Shown here: positions 7,895 through 16,035 of the stretch, one piece after another | How positions within the stretch are numbered: the stretch's first letter is position 1 | Layout: every line of letters starts with the position of its first letter | NCBI GenBank assembly: GCA_043781315.1 | Contig: JAYWBR010000248.1 | Coordinates: forward strand, 1 to 36,705 | DNA: 36,705 nt | Origin: Verrucomicrobiota bacterium | Lineage (GTDB): Bacteria > Verrucomicrobiota > Verrucomicrobiia > Limisphaerales > CAIQOK01 | Direction of reading: 5' to 3' | Made by a program: the position numbers and the translations under genes | Notes under the pieces: model-generated | Told to the model about the DNA's origin: nothing | The model's database searches: none | What the model saw: the letters and a program-made list of their open reading frames with translations, nothing else

Positions 7895-8641
7895 TTAGTT
7901 GATTTCAATTCCCACCGGGCAATGATCGCTGCCCGGCACCTGGGCGTGGATGAAGGCGCGCTGGAGCTGGGGCCGCAGTTTGGCGCTCAGGAGAAAATAA
8001 TCCAGCCGCCACCCGACGTTCCGCGCCCGTGCATCCGCCATCGGACTCCACCAAGTGTAATGGCCCCCGCCCTTTTCAAACTCGCGGAACGTGTCCACAA
8101 AACCCGCCGCCACCAGCGCGCTGAACCCCGCGCGTTCCTCTGGCGTGAAGCCGTGGTTCTTCATGTTGGTTCGCGGATTAGCGAGGTCAATTTCCGTGTG
8201 CGCCACGTTCAAGTCGCCGCAAAGGATCACCGGTTTTTGCCGCTCCAATTTTTTCAGGTGGCGGAGAAAATCCTTGTCCCACCGCAGCCGGTACGGCAGC
8301 CGCGTCAGCTCGCGCTGCGAATTCGGGGTATAGACATTGACCAGAAAATAGTCCGCGAACTCCAGCGTCAGGACGCGTCCTTCCTGGTCGTGTTCCGTGA
8401 CGCCGATGCCGGTGGACACGTCGAGCGGCCGGATCTTGGTGAAGATGACCGTGCCGGAGTAGCCTTTTTTTTGCGCGCTGTTCCAGTAGGTCGTGTAGCT
8501 GGCCGGCCAGAGTTGCTCGACATCCTCGGGCGTGCATTTGGTTTCCTGCAGGCAGAGAATCTCGGGCTTCTCGGCGTCAATAAACTCCAGAAAGTTTTTT
8601 TTCAGCACCGCGCGCAGGCCGTTGACGTTCCACGAAATCAT
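7895..8641 (-). CDS. xth: Exodeoxyribonuclease III
   Basis: MISWNVNGLRA, LCLQETK, GDLNVAH and SDHCPV motifs are present. ATG at 8641 is preferred; a GTG at 8647 is also possible, and the ORF-track start at 8713 adds an Arg-rich extension. Confidence 0.9.
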   Translation of the reverse strand: MISWNVNGLRAVLKKNFLEFIDAEKPEILCLQETKCTPEDVEQLWPASYTTYWNSAQKKGYSGTVIFTKIRPLDVSTGIGVTEHDQEGRVLTLEFADYFLVNVYTPNSQRELTRLPYRLRWDKDFLRHLKKLERQKPVILCGDLNVAHTEIDLANPRTNMKNHGFTPEERAGFSALVAAGFVDTFREFEKGGGHYTWWSPMADARARNVGWRLDYFLLSAKLRPQLQRAFIHAQVPGSDHCPVGIEIN

Positions 8642-8733
8642 TTTCACGGCGCGAAGATACACAAAGCCGGGCGGATGACAAAGGGTTGGTTGACGGTCGC
8701 GGCGGCGGCGCATAGATTGCCATCCGTTAAAAC

Positions 8734-9117
8734 ATGATTGCCAAACCTGTCATCGCCCCGTCTGCCCAGCCGAGCTTCCGCGTCAGCGACGAGCGGCTGA
8801 TCAAGGTCACGCCCAGCGCCGCCACGCGCGTCTCGGGGCTGCTCAAAAAACAGGGCCGGCCCGGCGGCGTACTGCGCGTGTCGGTGGTCGGCGGCGGCTG
8901 CTCGGGGCTGCAATACAAAATGGATTTGCAGGATGCGCCGGCGAACCGGGATTTTCTCGTGGAGACCGGCGGCGTGCGGGTGGTGGTGGATCCCAAGAGC
9001 GCGCTGTATGTGACCGGCAGCGAGCTGGATTATCTCGACGCGCTCACGGGCGGTTTCAAAGTCACGAATCCGAACGCCGCGACGAGCTGCTCCTGCGGCG
9101 AGAGCTTCAGCGCCTGA
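8734..9117 (+). CDS. iscA: Iron-sulfur cluster insertion/assembly protein, IscA/ErpA/HesB family
   Basis: The three conserved cysteines are present (GGGCSGLQY ... SCSCGESF), the length is about 127 aa, and hscB lies directly downstream. Confidence 0.85.
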   Translation: MIAKPVIAPSAQPSFRVSDERLIKVTPSAATRVSGLLKKQGRPGGVLRVSVVGGGCSGLQYKMDLQDAPANRDFLVETGGVRVVVDPKSALYVTGSELDYLDALTGGFKVTNPNAATSCSCGESFSA

Positions 9118-9120
9118 TTC

Positions 9121-9202
9121 AATTAAAAATTCAAAATAAAAAATTAAAAACCGGCGTGCCCGGCTCCGGGCATTTTGAATTTTGCATTTTTAATTTTTAA
9201 TT
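9121..9202 (+). terminator. AT-only inverted arms flanking a GC hairpin; terminator-like or processing element between iscA and hscB
   Basis: The 30-nt pure A/T left arm (9121-9150) is an imperfect reverse complement of the right arm (9172-9202). The core hairpin TGCCCGG-CT-CCGGGCA (9157-9172) is followed by TTTTGAATTTT. Confidence 0.45.
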
Positions 9203-9799
9203 GTGTCCGACCACTTCACCCTGCTCAACGAACCGCGCCGCCCGTGGCTGGAGCCGGAAACGCTCAGGGAAAAATTTCTCACCCGCTCGTCAGCAGTGCA
9301 TCCTGACCGCGTTCACCAACTGAGTCCGGCGGAACGGGAAAATGCCCAGCAGCAATACACCGAACTGAATGCCGCCTACAATTCCTTACGGGAACCGCGT
9401 CTGCGCTTGCGGCATCTGCTCGAACTCGAGCTGGGCAAGAAGCCATCGGATCTCACGCAAGTGCCGGACGACTTGATGGAATTGTTTTTTGTGATCGGCA
9501 AAGCGTTGCGGGAGGCGGACGCGTTTCTGGCGGAAAAGGAACAAGCCATTTCACCCTTGATCAAGGTGCAATTGTTCGAGCGCGGCATGGATTGGACGGA
9601 AACCCTGGGAAAGTTGCAGCAACAGATCAGCGCGCGGCGGGCCGCGCTGATCGCAGAATTGAAAACGCTGGATGCCGGCTGGAGTTCACCGCCGCCGCCC
9701 GAAACGCTGGCGCAACTGGAAAATCTTTACCGGCTGTTCAGCTATTTCGACCGCTGGCTGGCGCAGTTGGCGGAGCGCAGCGCCCGGCTTTCGTTTTGA
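9203..9799 (+). CDS. hscB: Fe-S cluster co-chaperone HscB (J-type)
   Basis: The start is GTG. The J-domain HPD motif is present (SSAVHPDRV), the C-terminus is a helical bundle, and the gene is adjacent to iscA. Confidence 0.8.
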   Translation: MSDHFTLLNEPRRPWLEPETLREKFLTRSSAVHPDRVHQLSPAERENAQQQYTELNAAYNSLREPRLRLRHLLELELGKKPSDLTQVPDDLMELFFVIGKALREADAFLAEKEQAISPLIKVQLFERGMDWTETLGKLQQQISARRAALIAELKTLDAGWSSPPPPETLAQLENLYRLFSYFDRWLAQLAERSARLSF

Positions 9800-10100
9800 T
9801 CCGCCGGCCACCCGGAGTGTCCGCCTGTTTTTGGACAGTGCCTTTTTGAACTCTGGACACCGGAAGATCATTTCAAAACGACCCGCCGTTTTTTTCGAGC
9901 AAAGACTGATTTTCCCGGCTGGCACCTCCCCTGCTAAACATCTTTCAATGCAAACAGTAAATACAGAGTCGAAAGATAAAAGTTCCGAAGCTGTATTCCC
10001 TGCCGCCTTCGCCGCTGTGCGGAAGGCAAAAAGTCCCCTCTGAAATCTGCTGGTATGCGTCCGGCTGAAAGGCCGACGTTCTTCGAATTGGGTTTGGTTC

Positions 10101-10136
10101 CCGGCGGTCCGCGCAAGCGGCCGCCGGTTTTCTTTT
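10101..10136 (+). terminator. Strong orphan intrinsic terminator
   Basis: CCGGCGG(T)CCGC-GCAA-GCGGCCGCCGG has an 11-bp GC stem with one bulged T and a GNRA loop, followed by TTTTCTTTT. The reverse strand has no T tract, so the element is + strand specific. It lies about 300 nt after hscB and before the adhesin promoter candidate. Confidence 0.55.
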
Positions 10137-10157
10137 ATTCGCGCCCTTCGGTGGACG

Positions 10158-10211
10158 CCCTGTGCGTTTCGGGGCACAGGGTTGACATGTGCGCCCTGCC
10201 TCACTCATAGT
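10158..10211 (+). promoter_or_regulatory. Candidate sigma70-type promoter with an abutting palindrome, upstream of the adhesin gene
   Basis: The palindrome CCCTGTGC-N8-GCACAGGG (10158-10181) directly abuts TTGACA (10182-10187). An 18-nt spacer follows, then CATAGT (10206-10211, 4 of 6 matches to TATAAT). Confidence 0.3.
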
Positions 10212-10379
10212 CTGACCCAGCCCATGACCAGACGCGCGACGACCTGCGTCAACGAACTTGGCCGGCCCAAAAACCGTGTATCACCAACTTTCACCACATG
10301 ACCGCGCGGGTGCGTGCGCCTTGGTGGAAGCATCCGGTCAGACGCGGCAGTCCTCATCCCACCCCAGCCACCGCCAACT

Positions 10380-13300
10380 ATGAAAATCCAATCACCCTTC
10401 CACCTGAGCCTGGCAACACTTGGACTGATGTTTTGTTTGGGGGCTCAGCTCGCACAGGCAAGCGTCAATATTGTCGTACAGCCAACCAGCCAGGTGGTGC
10501 TGGCGGGCAGCAATGCGGTGATCACCGCCGATGTGACCGTGACGGCCGGTGAAGTCATCACCGGCTACTCGTGGCAGATGTCCACGAACGGGCTGAACCC
10601 GTTTGTCACCGTGGGCACGAGCACCAATCTCAGCCTGACAAATGTCCAGCCCGGCGCCGCGGGTTACTACTTCGTGCGCGTCTCGTATCTCACGGGTTCC
10701 ACTCCCAGCACGGCGGTCAGCACCGCCGTGACCATTACCGTTCAGGACGCGGCGCGCATTATCGCCCAACCACAGGGTTTGATCCGGCCCACCGGAACGA
10801 ACGCGACTTTCACCGTCACCGCCCTGGGTTCGCCCACGCCGGCTTTTCAATGGCGTTACAACGGAACCAATCTGGCCAATGGGGGACGCATCAGCGGAGC
10901 CAACGGAACGACCCTGACCGTCGCCGGCTTGCTGACCACCGATTCTGGAAATTACAATGTGGTCGTCACCAACCTTTACTCGGCGGCCACCAGCCAGGTG
11001 GCCACCCTGACGGTTTTGATCCCTCCCGCCATCAACGTCGGACCGCAAAACCTCCAACTCCTCGTCGGCAGCAACGCCACGTTCAGCGGATCGTTCGCCG
11101 GATCGGCGCTGACCTACCGGTGGCGCAAAGGCGGAACCAACCTGTCAAACGGCGGCCGCATCAGCGGAGCCACCAACAGCGCACTGACGATCGCCGGTGC
11201 GTTGACCAGCGACAATGGCAATTACAGCGTCTTCATTTCCAACCTCGTGGGCACCGCCACCAGTGCGGACGGCACGCTCACCGTGTTCATTCCGCCCGCC
11301 TTCACCAGCGCCGGCTCGGCCACGGGACGGCAGGGATTATTTTTCAACTACACGGCCACGGTCAGCGGCACGCCGCCCATCACGTTCGCCGCCGCCGGTT
11401 TGCCATCCGGTTTGAGCATCAACACCACCAACGGCCTGATCTCGGGCATCCCCGCGGTGTCGGGAATTTTCAACATCACCCTGTCCGCGATGGATCCGGT
11501 CATCACCAACACACAAACATTGACCCTCACGCTGGCGACGGGTTATCCCGGCATCACCAGCGCGCTCGCGGCCAGCGGCCAGCAGGGACAGTTTTTCAGC
11601 TATGCGATTCTGGCGAGCAACAGCCCCACTTACTTCAGCGCCAGCGGACTGCCCGCCGGCTTGAACTTGAATCCCACGACCGGTGTGTTTTCCGGCTATC
11701 CGATTGTGAGCGGCGCCTACACGATCACCCTTGGCGCGACGAATCAATATGGTCAGGACAGCAAAACCCTCACGTTGACCCTCGCCTCCGGCCTGCCGGG
11801 CATCACCAGTCCGTTGACCGCTTTCGGCACGGAAAATCAGAGCCACTTCAGCTACACGATCACGGCCAGCAATTCACCCACGTCCTTTGCGGCGGCCGGC
11901 CTGCCGCTCGGTTTGACCATGGATACCAAAACCGGGGTTATCAGCGGCACCCCGTTGTACGGCGGCACCTTCAACGTGCAAATCTCCGCGGCCAACGCCT
12001 ATGGCACCGGTTCCGCCACGCTGGCGCTGACGCTGAACTACGCCACCGTGAACGGACTGGCGATCACCGGCGTCACCAACATTTTCTCGTCTCCGTACCT
12101 GCTGGATTTTTCCTTCTCCCTGCGCGACAGCGAGGATCCCGCCATCAGCAGCTCCGTGGTGCGGCCCGTCAGCCAGTTGCAGGTGGTTTGCATGGAAGCC
12201 GGCGTGCCGATTCCCGGCGAGACCGTGCTTGTCACCGCGCCCGGCAGCCAGAAGCAAATCAAGATGTTTCTCGCGCTCGACTACACCTACAGCATGCTCG
12301 CCGCCGGGGCGATTGAGGCCATGCAGACGGCGGCCAAAACCTTGATCAACTCGGAGCCGGCCCACGCGCAGTTCGGACTTTACGAATTCAACGCCGATTA
12401 TGTCGCACCGCAGTTGGTGACCACCAACGGCCTCACCGCGAACAAAGCCGCCCTGGCCGGATTGATTGACGGCATCCAGACGAACTATGTGCAGGGCAAC
12501 TACGCCGGGACGCGCTGCTGGGACACGATCTACGCCGCGCTCAACCAGTTCGGCCCGTACACCGCCACCAACCGCGACGAGCAGCGCTTCATCGTGGTGA
12601 TGAGCGATGGCAACGACGACTCTAGTCTGTTGAACACGAACATTGATCCCATCGCGACGATGGTCGGCCTCGCGCAAACCAACAACGTGAAAATTTATTG
12701 CGTCGCCTTCGGTTCGAACATCAACACCAACACCCTGCAACAGCTCACCTCGCAGACGCTCGGCCAATATTATCAAGCCGCGACCACGGCGGATCTGGCG
12801 TTGCAATTTCTGAAAATCGCCAAGGACATTGACGGCCAATATCTTTTGCGCTGGGCAACCTTGCGGCGCGCACCGCTGCCCTTCCAGCCTTCATTCACGA
12901 TCACCGTGGACGGCTTCACCGCCGCTTTTAACACCAACCTGATTTACGGCACCAACATCGTCATCAACACCAACGTCGTCCCGGCCACCACCAATATCAC
13001 GGTCACCAACATCATCGTGCTGCCCTTCAATCCGGCGACCTACGCCGGCGACGTGAAGGTCGGCTCGTTGCTGCTCGTGGCCGATTCCGATGTCGGCCCG
13101 CAAACCATCCGGTTGCGGACGACGTACACGCCCCGGTTTGTGCGCGAGGTGCGCGTCAAGTATCGGCCCAATTTTCCCTGCACCGCCAGTCTGTCCTCGG
13201 CCGATCCCGGCGGCATCCTGAACGGTTGGACGATGACGGAAACCAACGACAACACCGGTCTGCGCACCCTGACGCTGGTCAGTCCCAGTCCCACCAATCT

Positions 13301-13862
13301 CCTGACCAGCATCCCGTATGGAACCTTCGGCGAACTGGCGGCCTTCCATTTTCAGTATCCCGACCTCATAACCGCCACCCAGGCCTTCAGCGCGTTCTCC
13401 GTGGACAACACCATCTACACAAACATGCTGCCCAATGGCCAGAGCTTCGTGCTGCAAAACAGCAACAGTTTCGTCACTGCGTATCCCGCACCGCCGCCGC
13501 ACGGCACGCCGATCCCGTGGCTGATCGCCTACGGTTTCACGACGAATTTTGCCGCCGCCGAGTTGGGCGACCCGAACAACAACGGCCTCGCCACCTGGCA
13601 GGATTATCTGGCGGGCTTGAATCCGATTGACCCAAATTCAAAATTTTCCGTGCAGATGATCGGCACGCCGTCCGCCGCCCAGCCGTTGATCACCTTCAGC
13701 ACCGTCGTCGGCCGGACGTATCGTTTGGAAACCGCCACCACGCTGAATGATTGGACCGTGCTGCGCGACGGCTTCAGCGGCACCGGCGGCAATCTCTCCT
13801 TCACCGACCTCCGCAACCTGAGCGGCGTCAGCGCCGTGTATTATCGCGTGGCGGTTTATTGA
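10380..13862 (+). CDS. Large secreted adhesin-like protein: Ig-like (I-set type) repeats, He_PIG-type putative Ig repeats, a VWA domain, and a C-terminal DPNNNG...YYRV module
   Basis: ATG at 10380 gives the signal peptide MKIQSPFHLSLATLGLMFCLGAQLAQA. There are three I-set-like repeats (F/YxWRxxGTNLxNGGRISGAxxxxLTIAGxLTxDxGNY), three He_PIG-like repeats (GLPxGLxxNxxTGxISGxP) and a VWA domain (about 12260-12840: LALDYTYSM ... VVMSDGNDDS ... KIYCVAFG). Confidence 0.85.
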   Translation: MKIQSPFHLSLATLGLMFCLGAQLAQASVNIVVQPTSQVVLAGSNAVITADVTVTAGEVITGYSWQMSTNGLNPFVTVGTSTNLSLTNVQPGAAGYYFVRVSYLTGSTPSTAVSTAVTITVQDAARIIAQPQGLIRPTGTNATFTVTALGSPTPAFQWRYNGTNLANGGRISGANGTTLTVAGLLTTDSGNYNVVVTNLYSAATSQVATLTVLIPPAINVGPQNLQLLVGSNATFSGSFAGSALTYRWRKGGTNLSNGGRISGATNSALTIAGALTSDNGNYSVFISNLVGTATSADGTLTVFIPPAFTSAGSATGRQGLFFNYTATVSGTPPITFAAAGLPSGLSINTTNGLISGIPAVSGIFNITLSAMDPVITNTQTLTLTLATGYPGITSALAASGQQGQFFSYAILASNSPTYFSASGLPAGLNLNPTTGVFSGYPIVSGAYTITLGATNQYGQDSKTLTLTLASGLPGITSPLTAFGTENQSHFSYTITASNSPTSFAAAGLPLGLTMDTKTGVISGTPLYGGTFNVQISAANAYGTGSATLALTLNYATVNGLAITGVTNIFSSPYLLDFSFSLRDSEDPAISSSVVRPVSQLQVVCMEAGVPIPGETVLVTAPGSQKQIKMFLALDYTYSMLAAGAIEAMQTAAKTLINSEPAHAQFGLYEFNADYVAPQLVTTNGLTANKAALAGLIDGIQTNYVQGNYAGTRCWDTIYAALNQFGPYTATNRDEQRFIVVMSDGNDDSSLLNTNIDPIATMVGLAQTNNVKIYCVAFGSNINTNTLQQLTSQTLGQYYQAATTADLALQFLKIAKDIDGQYLLRWATLRRAPLPFQPSFTITVDGFTAAFNTNLIYGTNIVINTNVVPATTNITVTNIIVLPFNPATYAGDVKVGSLLLVADSDVGPQTIRLRTTYTPRFVREVRVKYRPNFPCTASLSSADPGGILNGWTMTETNDNTGLRTLTLVSPSPTNLLTSIPYGTFGELAAFHFQYPDLITATQAFSAFSVDNTIYTNMLPNGQSFVLQNSNSFVTAYPAPPPHGTPIPWLIAYGFTTNFAAAELGDPNNNGLATWQDYLAGLNPIDPNSKFSVQMIGTPSAAQPLITFSTVVGRTYRLETATTLNDWTVLRDGFSGTGGNLSFTDLRNLSGVSAVYYRVAVY

Positions 13863-13917
13863 CCCGGAGCCACGCTGCCGCGCGGATGTGATTAAAAGTG
13901 AATGGGGGCATTTGTCT

Positions 13918-13965
13918 CCTCCTCGTTCTCGAAATTGAACAGCCAGAGTCGAGGACGAGGACGAA
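13918..13965. repeat. Imperfect 16-bp inverted repeat containing (GAGGAC)x2, at a convergent-gene junction
   Basis: TCCTCCTCGTTCTCGA (13918-13933) pairs with TCGAGGACGAGGACGA (13950-13965) as 14 Watson-Crick pairs, 1 G-U and 1 mismatch, with a 16-nt loop. It shares the GAGGAC tract with 4415-4438. Confidence 0.75.
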
Positions 13966-13976
13966 TCGTGACCAGC

Positions 13977-14561
13977 CTAATGGCCGAAAAGAATCCGCTC
14001 CAACTGTTGCCCCACGACCTCCACGCAGCCTTCTGACCAGACGACAAAATCCGCCCGGCTCATTTTTTTCTCCACCGGCCACTGCGCGTCGAGCCGTTGC
14101 GCCATGTGTTCGCGCGTCCAGCCCCGTGCCTGCAATCGCTCAATCTGCGTCGTGGGCGAACAAGCCACGCACAGTGTGGCGTCCAACTCTTTTTCGGCGG
14201 CGGTTTCAAACAGCAGCGGAATCACCACGACGGCGAACCGATGTTTTTCCGCGCGCCACTTTTCAATCTGCTCGCGCCACAAAACCAGAATGCGCGGATG
14301 GGTGATGGCTTCGAGTTTTTTCCGGGCGTCGCTGCTGGAAAAAACAACCTTCGCCAGTGCTTCACGATTCAGTCCGCCATCGGGCGCGATCACTTCGGGG
14401 CCAAAGGTGAGTTTGATTTCCGCCCACGCCGGCTGCCCCGGCTCGACCACCTGGCGCGCGAGCAGGTCGGTGTCAATCACCGGCACGCCGCGCCCGGCGA
14501 GCCAGCGCGCGGCGGCGGATTTGCCCATGCCGATGCCGCCCGTGAGTCCAAAAACTTTCAT
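13977..14561 (-). CDS. coaE: Dephospho-CoA kinase
   Basis: The sequence begins MKVFGLTGGIGMGKS (P-loop), DTD and HP motifs are present, and the length is 194 aa. Confidence 0.9.
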   Translation of the reverse strand: MKVFGLTGGIGMGKSAAARWLAGRGVPVIDTDLLARQVVEPGQPAWAEIKLTFGPEVIAPDGGLNREALAKVVFSSSDARKKLEAITHPRILVLWREQIEKWRAEKHRFAVVVIPLLFETAAEKELDATLCVACSPTTQIERLQARGWTREHMAQRLDAQWPVEKKMSRADFVVWSEGCVEVVGQQLERILFGH

Positions 14562-14629
14562 GCCGCATCAATGCAGCGTCGCCCCCGCCAAGGCAAGGAA
14601 CAAATCAACGCGCCGCTCCACCGCCGCGC

Positions 14630-15487
14630 CTACAGCCGGGCATTGTCAATCAACCGCGTGTTGCCGAAAAACACCGCCAGCGCCATGTGCGTGCCGCGCC
14701 GCACCTGCTTGACCGGTGCCAGCGTGGCGGGATCGAAAAACTCCACGTAATCCAGCCGCGCCAGCGGAGCGGCGGTGAGGAATTCCTTCAAGTCAGCTTT
14801 CAACCGCGCCGCCGCGACGGGCTTTTTCGCCGCCGCGCGGACGGCCGACAATGCGTGGTACAGAATCACGGCCTGTGCCCGCTGCTCCGGGTCGAGGTAT
14901 TTGTTGCGCGAACTCATCGCCAGACCGTCCGCTTCCCGCAGCGTGGGCGCGATGACGAGCTGCACGGGAAAATTCAAATCGCGTGTCATGCGCTGCAGGA
15001 CGGCCGCCTGTTGAAAATCTTTCTGGCCGAACACCGCCACGTCGGGCCGCACGAGGTTGAACAGCTTCGCCACCACGGTGGTCACGCCGCGAAAATGCGT
15101 GGGCCGCGCGGCCCCTTCCATGCCTAGTGAAATTTCTTCCTCGATCACGAACGTGCTGAAATCTCCGGCGGATTGGCCGGGATACATTTCCGCATCGCCG
15201 GGCGCAAAGACCAGGTCCACGCCGGCCTCGCGGCACAGTCGCAGATCGCGTCGGAGGTCGCGCGGGTATTTGGAAAAGTCCTCCTTCGGCCCGAACTGCG
15301 TCGGGTTTACGTAAATGCTCAGGGCGACTTGTCCCGTCGCACCCACTCGTTTCCGCGCCGCCTTGACCAGGCTCAAATGGCCGGCGTGCAAAAATCCCAT
15401 CGTCGGCACAAGGGCGACGCGGACGCCGCTGCGTCGCCATTTTTGGGCCAGCCGTTGCATGGCGGGGACTGAAGTTGCGAGTTGCAT
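14630..15487 (-). CDS. panC: Pantoate--beta-alanine ligase
   Basis: PTMGFLHAGHLSL (HxGH) is present, along with FGQKDFQQ and MSSRN motifs. The length is 285 aa. Confidence 0.92.
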   Translation of the reverse strand: MQLATSVPAMQRLAQKWRRSGVRVALVPTMGFLHAGHLSLVKAARKRVGATGQVALSIYVNPTQFGPKEDFSKYPRDLRRDLRLCREAGVDLVFAPGDAEMYPGQSAGDFSTFVIEEEISLGMEGAARPTHFRGVTTVVAKLFNLVRPDVAVFGQKDFQQAAVLQRMTRDLNFPVQLVIAPTLREADGLAMSSRNKYLDPEQRAQAVILYHALSAVRAAAKKPVAAARLKADLKEFLTAAPLARLDYVEFFDPATLAPVKQVRRGTHMALAVFFGNTRLIDNARL

Positions 15488-15523
15488 GGGAATGGTTTAG
15501 CGGAAGTGCGGAGTCATCGCATC

Positions 15524-15558
15524 AAAGAAAAAGCCGCGCCAGGCAAAGCCGGCGCGGC
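15524..15558 (-). terminator. Intrinsic terminator after the glutaredoxin-like gene
   Basis: On the minus strand, GCCGCGCC-N10-GGCGCGGC (8-bp stem, 15533-15558) is followed by TTTTTCTTT (15524-15532). The element begins 20 nt downstream of the stop at 15578. Confidence 0.5.
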
Positions 15559-15577
15559 GGTGTGAAATGGTTTCCGA

Positions 15578-15919
15578 TCAGCGGCGCAATCCGAAATTCA
15601 GCGGCGAGCTGGGCATCTCGTGGGCGCACGGCTGGTTCGTGGGCGCGTCCGCCTGGTGATCCACCGACTGCACCAGACTTTTCGCCAGCAGATAGGCCTC
15701 GACCTCGTCACCGCTGATGTCCGGCAGCATGTGGCCGTTGACTTCCACACACGGGCTCATCATCTGGCCGCTCTTCTCGATCATTTCCTGGCGTTGCAAG
15801 GGATCGTTGATGATGTCGCGGTCTTCAAACGGCAGGTCGTACTTGCGCATGATGGCGCGCACGCCCTGGCTCCAGCCGCACGAGGGTTTCAAGTAGGCTA
15901 CGATCTTAGGCTTTTCCAT
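15578..15919 (-). CDS. Glutaredoxin-family protein with a CxxS active site
   Basis: ATG at 15919 gives MEKPKIVAYLKPSCGWSQGVRAIM..., a thioredoxin-fold pattern (beta-alpha-beta with the CGWS motif, then SPCVEVNG). The ORF-track start at 15976 adds 19 residues with no support. Confidence 0.75.
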   Translation of the reverse strand: MEKPKIVAYLKPSCGWSQGVRAIMRKYDLPFEDRDIINDPLQRQEMIEKSGQMMSPCVEVNGHMLPDISGDEVEAYLLAKSLVQSVDHQADAPTNQPCAHEMPSSPLNFGLRR

Positions 15920-16035
15920 AATGTTCAGAATTTGTTTTTGTAACCACAAAAGGTGTACGTATGCTGGCACATCCATTTAACTTGGCAATCTTTTCTTGTG
16001 GCGGAAATCGCGACAGGCCAACCACCATCAAAATC

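Noticed and set aside
9172-9202. A TTGAAT-N17-TAATTG promoter-like match in the right A/T arm upstream of hscB.
   Set aside because: The -10-like hexamer ends at the first base of the hscB GTG start codon, so a transcript from it would start inside the coding sequence. A pure A/T tract gives promoter-like matches by chance.
9203-9240. The HscB N-terminus MSDHFTLLNE superficially resembles a prepilin G/FTLxE cleavage motif.
   Set aside because: There is no preceding Gly and no following roughly 20-residue hydrophobic helix. The protein has a clear J-domain HPD motif and an iscA neighbour.
9686-10204. A 172-aa minus-strand ORF covering the hscB-adhesin spacer.
   Set aside because: Its product is a highly basic, low-complexity translation with no motifs. 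It runs antisense through the hscB 3' end and the strong + strand terminator hairpin. The spacer is better explained by regulatory or small-RNA content.
10571-12316. A 581-aa same-strand alternative-frame ORF inside the adhesin gene.
   Set aside because: Its translation is low-complexity and Arg/His/Gln/Pro-rich. The overlapping frame encodes well-formed Ig/He_PIG repeats. It is a frame artefact of repetitive GC-rich DNA.
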